64,000 nt of DNA from positions 8,384-72,383 of the forward strand of contig DATIHL010000015.1 of NCBI GenBank assembly GCA_035480715.1, in the 5' to 3' direction. Position 1 is the stretch's first letter. Each line of letters opens with the position of its first letter. This document shows, piece by piece, positions 1 through 9,077 of this stretch. Source of the DNA: Candidatus Saccharimonadales bacterium (GTDB taxonomy: Bacteria; Patescibacteriota; Saccharimonadia; Saccharimonadales; UBA10212). Under the pieces are notes generated by a model. It worked only from the letters and a program-made list of their open reading frames with translations. It was not told the origin of the DNA and did no database searches. The position numbers and the translations under genes were made by a program.

Positions 1-821
1 CCTTGCGATCCAGTAAAAGCCTTCGTCAAATCAAATACTCCGGATTCTCGGTCCCAGACATCCCAAAGGTTATAGCCAGTCGAGTTCTTTGTGACATGGG
101 GCTTGGCGGCTTTAATTTTGTCATAGTTTTTGTCCAGCAACTCAAACATCTGCTGGTATAGCTCGCCCTCAAAATTCCGCTGGGCCATTTTGGCGTCCAG
201 TTCTTTACGGTTCAGGGCTTTTAGCTCGTATTCCTGTCCATCGCTCAAAACTACTTTGAGTTTTTCTACAAAGTTCTCAGTTTTACCATACTGCAGAGAT
301 TTTTCGCCTCCGGCATTATTGGCCACCATCCCTCCAACGGTTGCTAACTCGCGACTTGCGGGGAAGCTCGGCATTAATCCGCCTTTGGCTAAGGTTGCTT
401 TTTCGAAATCGCGGTAAAAAACACCAGGTTGCACCTGCGCACTGTCATTGCCGACGTTCTCGATCTGATTAAAGTAATGGGTAAAGTCTATGACTACGGA
501 ATCATTAATAGCGCCGCCGGACATGCAAGTGCCACCACTACGGGCTGTTAGCGAGATACCAGGGATATTTTCGCGGCTAAAATAAGCCGAAATAACTAGA
601 CGTTTTAAGTCTTCGGTGTTTTTGGGGAAAACGACCATCTGCGGCACTAGTTCAAACAGCGAAGCATCGTGGCTATATAATTGACGGGTTTGTTCGCTGA
701 TATCAGCCTCGCCTTCAAAACCGCGTGCTTTAAGGGTTTCGATGAAATGCGTCATTAATATCGAGTTTTCATCTGCAATAATAGTATCTTCAGACTTTTC
801 TACAGTACCGGCAGCTTTCAT
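1..821 (-). CDS. FAD-binding oxidoreductase (FAD_binding_4 / GlcD-like); C-terminus lies outside the window
   Basis: A minus-strand ORF runs from the ATG at 819-821 off the window edge, so it is absent from the supplied track. My translation is MKAAGTVEKSED...LTARSGGTCMSGGAINDSVVIDF...RELATVGGMVANNAGGEKSLQYGKT, which fits the FAD-binding PCMH-type domain pattern. Confidence 0.7.
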   Translation of the reverse strand, partial: MKAAGTVEKSEDTIIADENSILMTHFIETLKARGFEGEADISEQTRQLYSHDASLFELVPQMVVFPKNTEDLKRLVISAYFSRENIPGISLTARSGGTCMSGGAINDSVVIDFTHYFNQIENVGNDSAQVQPGVFYRDFEKATLAKGGLMPSFPASRELATVGGMVANNAGGEKSLQYGKTENFVEKLKVVLSDGQEYELKALNRKELDAKMAQRNFEGELYQQMFELLDKNYDKIKAAKPHVTKNSTGYNLWDVWDRESGVFDLTKAFTGSQ

Positions 822-930
822 TACCCTTAAGCTTACTTGAGGGAGGACAGATATTCAACAGAGATACAAAGTGCCTGAGCTTGACCGGCAAATTTTGAAG
901 CGAGATAATATTCTAAGTTGGAGACTAAAA

Positions 931-1386
931 ATGAGTGTAACACCAGAAAAACGCAATCTGTAGGTCGGATGTAGCCTAACGCACGCCCCAGAAGAATTCA
1001 AGGCTGAAGTCGAAGCTACAAAAGCAGTCCTGAGTCTTAGCTGGCGAGTAATGGAGTTCTTGGGACTGGTTGACGGAACAGAAGAGGATGTTTACCAGAG
1101 AGATATTGTTGAAAATGTCGGCGGCTGTGATGCTTTCTTAGGTATTGTGGACGAGCCGAGTTGGGGACTAGGCTGGGAATCATGCGAAGCAGTAAGGGTT
1201 CAAAAAAAGCCTTCGTTAATAGTTGCGCATGTTGGTTCGAGAGTAACCCGGCTAGCCCTGGGTGCGCCAGCATTTAACCCAACCCTAGAGTTTCGCCGGT
1301 ATGAGAATATGATAGAGGACGTTCCCCGAATTGTCGCAGAAGTTTTTGAGCCAGTTTTCGCCGACGTATCAAGACCTGTCGCCTAA
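931..1386 (+). pseudogene. Nucleoside 2-deoxyribosyltransferase-like gene interrupted by an in-frame TAG at 961-963
   Basis: GGAGA at 920-924 sits 6-7 nt upstream of the ATG at 931. Frame reads MSVTPEKRNL-TAG-VGCSLTHAPEEFKAEVEATKAVLSLSWRVMEFLG..., continuous with track ORF 1051..1386. The motif DIVENVGGCDAFLGIVDEPSWGLGWESCEAVRVQKKPSLIVAH resembles the deoxyribosyltransferase fold pattern. Confidence 0.5.
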
Positions 1387-2997
1387 TCTAGATAATTTAT
1401 CTAACCTCTCTAACTTATACTGAGTAGCTAGTTCAGCAGCCATACGCGTTAATTTGGGATCTTCGTCTTTATTCACGAATTGCATAGCTTTGGCAGTCAA
1501 GGGGTGCACCTTTGCTAACTCTTCGTGCATTTTATTGGTTATTCGGCGATACCCTGGATGGCCTTGCGGCGCCGATCTAAGTTCAATGAAATGAAAAGCA
1601 GCTCTGGCATTAAGAATGAATTTGTAGCGCATGCGATGGCCGAATAAGACCGCGTATTGTGCTTCTTCCGAGTATCCAGCTTTGATAAGTGATTCGTAGA
1701 GTTTATGGGACAAATCAAAACACTTACGGAAGTCTTTTTCCAGTCCAGCCTTTTTTACTAAATCCGGTACTTCATATCCGTAGTCGATGCCTAGTTTTTG
1801 CCACTCAAAAGCATCCACTACGCGGTGTCGCTGCAAATCACGAAAGGTGCCATAATCGGCCGTGATTTCCCATAAATAATGAGGGATCTCCATAGCCCGT
1901 CCCGGTTTATGACGCCGGTTAAATCTCTCGCCAACGTATGATTTAAAAATTTCTTCCTTCTGGCCATTGTTTAGATTTTTTAACTGATTAGTTAATTCTT
2001 TGGTAGATAAGTTTGAGTTGGCAAATAACAGGTGAGGGATGACATCCAACTCATCCTTTGGCCAGTAATCAATGAGTTTTACCTCTTGGCCGAAATCTTT
2101 CGACTTTTCATTAAGCTTTTCTTTTGCCAGGCTTGCCATTTGGGCTTTTGTATTAGCCCTGTGGGCTGTGGTAGCGCCGCCTCTGTCAGGCTTATCAGCG
2201 CGTTCCAGGAATGAAGGGATCACCTTACGAGCTTCATCTAAGATTTGTTGGCCAACCAGGCGTGGTTCCATTAGCTCCTCGGCCAGTAGATGCAGTATCA
2301 GGCTCTCTATAGCCTGGGCAGAACCAAAAATACCTACAGTCGCCTTAGTAGAGACTGGCAGAATGGGACGAACAGCGTCGCAGGCCTGTGCTTTGGTAGC
2401 GCCTCGCCAAGCCATTTTTTCACGCTCATCTTCGGGTTCCGGATTTTCTCGACGAACATAATCAGTCAGGGTGCGGACCATCTTCGAATACAAAGTAAAT
2501 ACTTCGTTGTGAACTTTTACGTATTCTTTCTTGGTTTTAGCATCAAGATTAGTAGGCACAAAATATCTAAAGTTGCCGCTTTTATCTTTTTCGTCAAAGA
2601 AGATGTACCGAGTCGACTGCTCCAGATATGCGGCAAAGCGACCCCACTCAAGCAGTTTAGTAAGCAGGTTAGATGCATCCTCTATCACAATATGCAACCC
2701 GATGAGTTGCTGTACAGAATCATCACCAAAAGCCGTCACAACACGGTGGATTAAACCGGCGGCGTCTTCGTCACCGCTTAGAGCAAACTCATCTAAAAAT
2801 GTTTCGCGGAGGTCACTGCTGCGCCGCGACAGTCGTGCCATTGCAGCCGCCACCATTAGTGGTGAAGCTTTGCCATAAAAAGCGTAAACCGGGCCTTTGG
2901 CATCTGTAACGATTTGGTCCAGATATTTTTGGCCTTTAGCAGTGATTACTATGCGCTCACCGGCGCGTTTAATATACGGATTTTTGTTTTCCTCCAT
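1369..2997 (-). CDS. thyX: ThyX-like FAD-dependent thymidylate synthase family protein with two tandem Thy1-like halves
   Basis: Track ORF 1369..3024. I prefer the start at 2997 (MEENKNPY) because AAGGAG (plus-strand 3005-3010) lies 7 nt upstream. The N-terminal half has FGDDSVQQLIGLHIVIEDAS...EWGRFAAYLEQSTRY and the C-terminal half has FRDLQRHRVVD...NARAAFHFIELRSAPQGHPGYR, both ThyX-like blocks. Confidence 0.65.
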   Translation of the reverse strand: MEENKNPYIKRAGERIVITAKGQKYLDQIVTDAKGPVYAFYGKASPLMVAAAMARLSRRSSDLRETFLDEFALSGDEDAAGLIHRVVTAFGDDSVQQLIGLHIVIEDASNLLTKLLEWGRFAAYLEQSTRYIFFDEKDKSGNFRYFVPTNLDAKTKKEYVKVHNEVFTLYSKMVRTLTDYVRRENPEPEDEREKMAWRGATKAQACDAVRPILPVSTKATVGIFGSAQAIESLILHLLAEELMEPRLVGQQILDEARKVIPSFLERADKPDRGGATTAHRANTKAQMASLAKEKLNEKSKDFGQEVKLIDYWPKDELDVIPHLLFANSNLSTKELTNQLKNLNNGQKEEIFKSYVGERFNRRHKPGRAMEIPHYLWEITADYGTFRDLQRHRVVDAFEWQKLGIDYGYEVPDLVKKAGLEKDFRKCFDLSHKLYESLIKAGYSEEAQYAVLFGHRMRYKFILNARAAFHFIELRSAPQGHPGYRRITNKMHEELAKVHPLTAKAMQFVNKDEDPKLTRMAAELATQYKLERLDKLSRLGDRS

Positions 2998-3121
2998 CTT
3001 TCTGCTCCTTTGTTCTACAATCATACGTTACCCAGCGGCCAAATCCCAAGACTGTAATGAAGTATTTACAGCAACACCCACAAACTACCTAAAAGATAAG
3101 TACTTTGTTACAATTACGTTT

Positions 3122-3691
3122 ATGAAAGCTCTGTTAGCAAACGAGCGGGGAAGGTGGTGGATCGCGCTGGTGGGAGTCAGCACTGTACTGATAGGAACTG
3201 CCTACACGTTAGTTCAACAATCAACCAGACTCGCTGTAAATGACGCACCCTTAGCTACAGCCCAGACCGTCAAGCACGAGATAGACGGCGGCGCACAGCC
3301 CAGTGACGTGGTCCCAGCGATTAAAACCAACCTGCGAACTGATTCAACTGTATTTGTAACTGTCACCGATAGCTCGGAGCACGTTCTGGCCAGTTCGGCT
3401 ACCCTAGACGGTCAGCCAACCTTGCCGCCGGCTGGAACTTTTGTTTTCACTAAAGATCATGGCTCAGATCATTTTACCTGGCAGCCAAAAGGTGGAGTGC
3501 GCTTAGCTACTTATATACTTAGTTACGGCAAAAGCCCGAATGATGGCTTTATTATCACCGGACAATCCCTTAGACAAGCGGAGGATAGGATAGAAATATA
3601 TGGCTGGCTGGCACTCGCGGGTTGGGTGGCTATCGTTGCTTGGACATCACTAATCCTATTAATCCCGACTACCAAAAAATCTAATAAGTAA
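3122..3691 (+). CDS. Hypothetical membrane-anchored protein (hydrophobic segments at N and C termini)
   Basis: Track ORF 2897..3691 overlaps the thyX-like 5' end. The internal ATG at 3122 gives MKALLANERGRWWIALVGVSTVLIGTAY..., which has a TM-like start. No recognisable domain. Confidence 0.5.
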   Translation: MKALLANERGRWWIALVGVSTVLIGTAYTLVQQSTRLAVNDAPLATAQTVKHEIDGGAQPSDVVPAIKTNLRTDSTVFVTVTDSSEHVLASSATLDGQPTLPPAGTFVFTKDHGSDHFTWQPKGGVRLATYILSYGKSPNDGFIITGQSLRQAEDRIEIYGWLALAGWVAIVAWTSLILLIPTTKKSNK

Positions 3692-3692
3692 C

Positions 3693-4181
3693 CTATTCTA
3701 AAGATTCAAGTTCAGGTACAGCTGTACTAAAGATATGGTCATCAGTCGCGTACCGATACTCACCCATGCGTATGTTTTGTGGAGTGACTTTATATAGCAC
3801 ATAATCTCCTGCATCTAGCCGTGAAATTGGCAGGGTTTTTGTATTGGCAGTCTCTTCAGAATACTTAGCCATAATTTCTAAAGCTGTTTGCAATCGATTT
3901 GGGTCATCGATCCGTTTGGCAGTCCCGTTAAATTGGATGGTTTTTTGTGCTGATGGGTCATAGACCACCAGTGCCGCTAGCGGGTTTGACTCCAGGTTTC
4001 TGCTCTTTTGAGTGCCGATTTTAGTAACAAAGAAAATATTAAGTTTAGAAGTGGTGGTGTAATAGATTACTGCGGCGTGAGGCGTCTCTGACTGCTTTCC
4101 TACTGTCGCTAATACTGCTATATGGTTGCGAGCTAAGAATTCTGCTATTTCTGGATTTTTGGCGCTCAAGCTTGACTGCAT
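3693..4181 (-). CDS. Pyridoxamine 5'-phosphate oxidase family (FMN-binding split-barrel) protein
   Basis: 162 aa with EFLARNHIAVLATVGKQSETPHAAVIYY...NLESNPLAALVV, typical of PNPOx-like general stress proteins. Confidence 0.7.
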   Translation of the reverse strand: MQSSLSAKNPEIAEFLARNHIAVLATVGKQSETPHAAVIYYTTTSKLNIFFVTKIGTQKSRNLESNPLAALVVYDPSAQKTIQFNGTAKRIDDPNRLQTALEIMAKYSEETANTKTLPISRLDAGDYVLYKVTPQNIRMGEYRYATDDHIFSTAVPELESLE

Positions 4182-4358
4182 AATTTCAGGATAGGTAAGT
4201 TTACGTAATCCTGCAAGCGGTTAACAAGCGTACTCTTGACGGTGTAACCGAAAGTGGCAGCCACGCCTCCGGCTATTCCACGATTGAAGGCGAATCAAAA
4301 GAAGCTATCGTGGATGTGTTAAAAACTCATCCGCACTAAGAGATGAGATAATAAGTGC

Positions 4359-7300
4359 GTGGACAAGGAGTTTAGGAAAGCTTTTGCTGGCTTAAATGAC
4401 CAGCAGAAAAAGGCCGTTGAGACAATCAATGGACCAGTTTTAGTTATTGCAGGGCCGGGAACTGGTAAAACTGAGCTTCTAGCACTTAGGGCGGCTAATA
4501 TTTTAAAAACCGATACGACGATGTTACCCAGCAATATTTTGTGCCTGACGTTTACTAATTCGGCGTCCAATAACATGCTAGAGCGGCTTATAAAATACAT
4601 CGGCCAGGACGCCTATCAGGTAGCCATTCATACTTTTAATAGCTTCGGTGCTTACGTAATGAATGCCTATCCGGAATATTTTTATGAGTGGCGCGAAACT
4701 AAGACGGCCGACGAGCTGACGACTCACAGCATATTGGAAAACATCTTAAGCCAGCTGCCGGGGAACCATCCTTTGGCCGCCAAAAACGCTGATGGGCTTT
4801 TTTACGCCCAGACACAGATTAAAAATCTAATCGGCGATTCTAAACGGGCAGACCTCTCGCCAGATGACCTGCGCCAAATACTAAAAGAAAATAAGCAAAC
4901 TTATCAGCTTTTAACTCCGCTATTTAGGGAATTTTGGCCGGAGCGGATATCTGTCAAAACCGCGCTGGGTGACATCAATAAATTAATTGATAAATTGACG
5001 GAACTAAAGCCGGCAAGAGGTAAAATTGAAGCCGTTGTACCGCTGCAAAATATGATTGTAAGCTCATTGCAGCGAGAAGCAGAGGAATCGGGGCAACTGG
5101 AGAGTGGGCGCACAAAGCCATTTACGGCCTGGAAGAATCAGTGGCTGGAGAAGGATGAAGAAAATCAGATAATTTTTACGGGCGAAAGAAACCACGAGCG
5201 GCTGCTGGCCGCTGCCGACATTTACGAAAAATACCAAGCCGAGCTGGAAGCTCAAAGTCTAGTCGACTTTAATGACCAGATAATGTGGGTGATTGAGGCT
5301 ATGGAGAAGCATCCGGAGCTGCGTTACAACCTGCAGGAGCGCTTCCAGTACATAATGATCGACGAGTTTCAGGACACCAACCGCTCGCAACTGCTTATGA
5401 CCAGATATCTAACTGACGCGCTGGCGCATGAAGGCCGACCGAATATTTTAGCTGTTGGCGACGACGACCAGGCGATTTACCGCTTTCAGGGAGCCGATAT
5501 CGCCAATGTAGCATTATTTGAGCAAATGTATAAAGATCCGGCGGAAATCACATTGGAAGTCAATTATCGCAGCAACCAGGATATTCTAACGTCCTCTAGA
5601 CAAGTCAGCCGCCAAATTACTGCCTCGCTAGAGAAAGAAAAATCGATTATCAAGCAGCTTAAATCGACGGTCGCTAAGCTAGGCGAGGGCGTTAAGCTAA
5701 ATGAATTCGATCAAGAATCGCAACATTACAGCTACATAGCCTTGGAAATTAAGAAGCTGCTCAAAAAAGGCGTGGAGGGCAAAGAAATCGCCGTTTTGGC
5801 CCGCGAACGAGTGCAGCTGGACGCGCTAGTACCCTATATGCGCGAGCAGCAGATCCCTATCAGCTACGAGCGGCGCGAAAACGTGCTAAGCCAGTCACAC
5901 ATAATTAACCTGCTAGCGATGGCAAAGCTAATTTACTGGCTGGAGCGGCAGGAGCTAGAACGTGCCAACGAACTGTTTGCGCAAGTTTTAAGCGAGCCGA
6001 TGTGGCAGATTGAAGCGACTGAGATATGGCAGGTAGCGACAGAAGCTTATAGTTCGGAGCGCTTTTGGCTAGACGTTATAAGCGACAAAAAAGATGGCAA
6101 ATGCAAAGATATTGCTGATTTCTTTATCCGACTGGGCTTTGCCAGCGCCACCACGCCGCTAGAGCAGATGCTGGATGAGTTAATTGGCACCGAATCTATG
6201 GGCGCCCAAGACGAACACGACGAAGAAGCTGCGCCAGAGCCAAGAAACTTTTTCTCGCCGTTCAAGCAGTATTATTTTGGCGAGGAAATCCTAAAAGATA
6301 AGCCGGCCGAGTATTTAACACTGCTAAGCCATCTGGCCACGCTGCGGCGGCATCTTAGGAACTTCCAAGCCGATACGCACAAGACTTTATATATCAAAGA
6401 CCTGATCGAGCTGGTCGACGCCTACGAGCACGCTGGAATGGTGATGCTGGACCAGGCTCAGCACAACGAAGATGGCAATGCCGTACAGATGATGACTGTC
6501 CATAAGGCCAAAGGTTTGGAATTTGACGTAGTGTTTGTAGTTGGCTTGCAAAATGATGTCTGGACTCGGAGTGTATCGCGCGGCCGCTTTGCTTATCCGT
6601 CTAATCTCAAGCCGATTAAGCCCAGCGATAACCAGAACGACGATGCCCTGCGACTTTTGTTTGTAGCGATGACGCGTGCCCGCCAATCGTTATATCTTAA
6701 TTACTTTAAGCAGGATGAAGACACTAGTCCGACTCAACCTTATTCGGCCCTGCTGGGCATAGACGTCCAATCTATCAAGCCCAAAACTAAAGATGAACCC
6801 GAGGCGCTGGCCCGCGAATATGAACACCGTTGGCTCGCGCAGTTGGGCAACCTGCGCAGTAGCCAGATGGCACCGTACTTTGAGCAGCAGCTGCAAAACT
6901 ACCGGCTTAGCACTACTCATCTTAATAATTTTATAGATGTTAGCATGGGCGGACCGGCGTATTTCTTTGAGCAGAATCTGGTGCATTTTCCGGCAGCAAA
7001 GAGTTCGATGGCAGTCTATGGCACAGTTATGCATGCGGCCTTGAGTAGAGCCCACAGTGAGGTATTAGAAGGCAAGCTACTAAGCCCGAAGCGAATTATT
7101 AAAGGCTTTATAGCCGATATTAACAATGAAGCCTTGAGTCAAACAGATAAAGAATACTATGCCGATCGAGGGGCAAAGTCATTGAAGGTTTTTTTGTCTA
7201 GGCAAGGTGAGGGTTTTAGTAAAACTCAGTTGGTCGATTACGATTTTGGCCGGCAGGGAGTAGCTATTGGCAGCTCTAAGCTTAGAGGCATGATTGATTT

Positions 7301-7706
7301 GATTGATACAGATAAAAAGACTAAAAAGGCGGTCGTGACTGATTATAAAACCGGCGCCGTGGCTTATAAGTGGGAGTTGCCGCCAAGCGCTTCAGAGCAT
7401 CAGCGCGTCAGGCTGCACCGCTATCGCAACCAGCTATTGTTTTATAAATTGCTGGTTGATGGCGCGCGGAATTTTGGCCAGCAGGGATGGAAGGCGGACA
7501 AAGGAGTATTGCGCTTTGTCGAGCCGGATAGGGGGCGGATAAGATCACTGGAGCTTGATTATGACCAAGTCGAGATTGACCGGTTTAAAAGACTGGTCTT
7601 GGCTGTATGGACTAAGATTCAAGCCCTCGACTTTCCGGATATATCGTCGTACGAGCCTACTCTAAAAGGTATCCAAGCCTTCGAAGAAGACCTGATAAAA
7701 AATTAG
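4359..7706 (+). CDS. UvrD/PcrA-type superfamily 1 helicase fused to a C-terminal PD-(D/E)XK (RecB/AddB-like) nuclease
   Basis: GTG start, 1115 aa. Walker A is AGPGTGKT, motif II is IMIDEFQDTN, plus VGDDDQAIYRFQGA and TVHKAKGLEFDVVF. The C-terminus has GMIDLID...VVTDYKTG...YRNQLLFY, a nuclease motif pattern. Confidence 0.8.
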   Translation: MDKEFRKAFAGLNDQQKKAVETINGPVLVIAGPGTGKTELLALRAANILKTDTTMLPSNILCLTFTNSASNNMLERLIKYIGQDAYQVAIHTFNSFGAYVMNAYPEYFYEWRETKTADELTTHSILENILSQLPGNHPLAAKNADGLFYAQTQIKNLIGDSKRADLSPDDLRQILKENKQTYQLLTPLFREFWPERISVKTALGDINKLIDKLTELKPARGKIEAVVPLQNMIVSSLQREAEESGQLESGRTKPFTAWKNQWLEKDEENQIIFTGERNHERLLAAADIYEKYQAELEAQSLVDFNDQIMWVIEAMEKHPELRYNLQERFQYIMIDEFQDTNRSQLLMTRYLTDALAHEGRPNILAVGDDDQAIYRFQGADIANVALFEQMYKDPAEITLEVNYRSNQDILTSSRQVSRQITASLEKEKSIIKQLKSTVAKLGEGVKLNEFDQESQHYSYIALEIKKLLKKGVEGKEIAVLARERVQLDALVPYMREQQIPISYERRENVLSQSHIINLLAMAKLIYWLERQELERANELFAQVLSEPMWQIEATEIWQVATEAYSSERFWLDVISDKKDGKCKDIADFFIRLGFASATTPLEQMLDELIGTESMGAQDEHDEEAAPEPRNFFSPFKQYYFGEEILKDKPAEYLTLLSHLATLRRHLRNFQADTHKTLYIKDLIELVDAYEHAGMVMLDQAQHNEDGNAVQMMTVHKAKGLEFDVVFVVGLQNDVWTRSVSRGRFAYPSNLKPIKPSDNQNDDALRLLFVAMTRARQSLYLNYFKQDEDTSPTQPYSALLGIDVQSIKPKTKDEPEALAREYEHRWLAQLGNLRSSQMAPYFEQQLQNYRLSTTHLNNFIDVSMGGPAYFFEQNLVHFPAAKSSMAVYGTVMHAALSRAHSEVLEGKLLSPKRIIKGFIADINNEALSQTDKEYYADRGAKSLKVFLSRQGEGFSKTQLVDYDFGRQGVAIGSSKLRGMIDLIDTDKKTKKAVVTDYKTGAVAYKWELPPSASEHQRVRLHRYRNQLLFYKLLVDGARNFGQQGWKADKGVLRFVEPDRGRIRSLELDYDQVEIDRFKRLVLAVWTKIQALDFPDISSYEPTLKGIQAFEEDLIKN

Positions 7707-7745
7707 CGCGGTGATTTTCCGCGCTAATTGTCTTTTTCTTTTTTC
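7704..7745 (+). terminator. Putative bidirectional intrinsic terminator between the helicase and aquaporin genes
   Basis: An 8-bp stem TAGCGCGG (7704-7711) / CCGCGCTA (7719-7726) has a 7-nt loop and is followed by the T-rich run TTGTCTTTTTCTTTTTTC. Confidence 0.55.
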
Positions 7746-7749
7746 TAGG

Positions 7750-8385
7750 CTATTTCTTGCGTCGTCCGATTGTTTCACCTGCGAACAGCATCGTATACAG
7801 ATTAACTCCGATTAGACCGCCGACCAATGGTCCAAGAACGTATACCGCATTCCAGTTGCGTACACCCAAAGCGATAGCCGGGTTAAGGTAAGCAGCTGAT
7901 GCCGTAGCGGCAATCATGATACCCACGAAGAAAGAAACACCGTAGGCCAGGGCTGTTGTTAACGTGTCAAACTTTTTGCTGATTGCAGCAGTTAAAGCCA
8001 TTGCCAGTACGCCGGCTCCTACGACTTCAGCCAACCACATCGGTGTGCTAAATACCTGGTTCTTAGCAGGCAAGGTGTGATTTGTGAAGTATTGATATAG
8101 CTGCAGTGCGGCCAAGCCGCCCAAAAGCTGTGCGGCAATGTAGGCTACAGCGCGCAATGTACCGATTTTACGGGCAGTCCACATTCCAAATGTGATTGCC
8201 GGATTAACGTGCGCCCCAGATATCGAACCAAAAATAACATAAACTACGGCCAGTGTAGCCGCTACACTCGTGCCGATAAAGTAGGATACAGCCGTTGTTT
8301 GGCTAAGTACAAGTGCAACCATCACCAAAATCGCTGTGCCCATAAACTCAGCCACCACCGTGGCTATTTGTGGCCTAGTAAACAT
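7750..8385 (-). CDS. MIP/aquaporin family channel
   Basis: 211 aa, six hydrophobic segments and two NPA boxes (HVNPAITFG and YLNPAIALG). Confidence 0.85.
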   Translation of the reverse strand: MFTRPQIATVVAEFMGTAILVMVALVLSQTTAVSYFIGTSVAATLAVVYVIFGSISGAHVNPAITFGMWTARKIGTLRAVAYIAAQLLGGLAALQLYQYFTNHTLPAKNQVFSTPMWLAEVVGAGVLAMALTAAISKKFDTLTTALAYGVSFFVGIMIAATASAAYLNPAIALGVRNWNAVYVLGPLVGGLIGVNLYTMLFAGETIGRRKK

Positions 8386-8507
8386 TTTTATAATTTCCTC
8401 CGTTAGATTATCCTGACTTCACTATAGTACTATTCGAATGCAAAAACAAATACTAGAGTGGCATTTTAACCCTATACGCTGCCCGTCTCACGCTGTACCC
8501 TATTTAT

Positions 8508-9077
8508 ATGGCGTTTGAGGATTATAAGACCAAAGAGTCAGTGGTGGTGGTTTATACCGGCGAAGGTAAGGGGAAAACCAGCGCAGGGATTGGACTGATG
8601 GCTAGGGCTCTGGGCAATGGCTGGAGCGTTGCCTTTATCCAATTCATCAAGCACTGGGATGTAGGTGAGCACGAATTTATTCACAAGATCGAGCCGATAT
8701 TTGGTAAAAAACTATTGTTTTACAAGGGTGGAAAGGGTTTTTATAATGCCGGGTCTTTGAGCGAAAAAGGCATAACGCCCGCTCAGCACAAAAAAGCCGC
8801 CCAAGAAACATTGGATACTGCCTTAAAGGCAGCCACTAGCGGGAAATACGACCTTGTTATATGCGATGAGGTTAATAACGCCGTTTTTGAAGGTCTATTG
8901 CCAAAAAATAGTCTGCAAAAACTTATTAAAGGCCGATCTAGTAAAACTAGTCTTTGCCTGACCGGGCGGAATTTTCCAAAAGATTTACTTGATAGCGTAG
9001 ACATTGCAACCAATATGGCTAAGCTCCGTCACCACTTTGATGACAAATATCTGGCTAATAAGGGGATCGATTTCTAA
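8508..9077 (+). CDS. cobO: Cob(I)yrinic acid a,c-diamide / cob(I)alamin adenosyltransferase (CobA/CobO/BtuR type)
   Basis: 189 aa with VYTGEGKGKTSAGIGLMARALGNGWSVAFIQFIK and DLVICDEVN, characteristic of the CobA-type adenosyltransferase. Confidence 0.8.
   Translation: MAFEDYKTKESVVVVYTGEGKGKTSAGIGLMARALGNGWSVAFIQFIKHWDVGEHEFIHKIEPIFGKKLLFYKGGKGFYNAGSLSEKGITPAQHKKAAQETLDTALKAATSGKYDLVICDEVNNAVFEGLLPKNSLQKLIKGRSSKTSLCLTGRNFPKDLLDSVDIATNMAKLRHHFDDKYLANKGIDF

Noticed and set aside
961-963. TAG as a recoded sense codon (pyrrolysine-like or code variant).
   Set aside because: TAG clearly terminates well-supported genes here, for example the helicase at 7704-7706 and the pilin-like gene at 44250-44252. 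TGA and TAA are also used as stops. Nothing supports a variant code.
2032-2878. Several plus-strand ORFs of 60-154 aa antisense to the ThyX-like gene. Similar antisense ORFs lie inside the helicase, der, topA, the PBP gene, the MFS gene and others.
   Set aside because: These are shadow ORFs inside long, motif-supported genes on the opposite strand. They have low-complexity, Ser/Arg/Leu-rich composition.
4199-4339. A start-less 46-codon frame ending ...SGYSTIEGESKEAIVDVLKTHPH-stop in the PNPOx-helicase spacer, which resembles the C-terminus of a small alpha/beta (YCII/Dabb-like) protein.
   Set aside because: It has no start codon or RBS, a stop lies immediately upstream, and the similarity is impressionistic. 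It may be a gene relic, but that cannot be supported from sequence alone.
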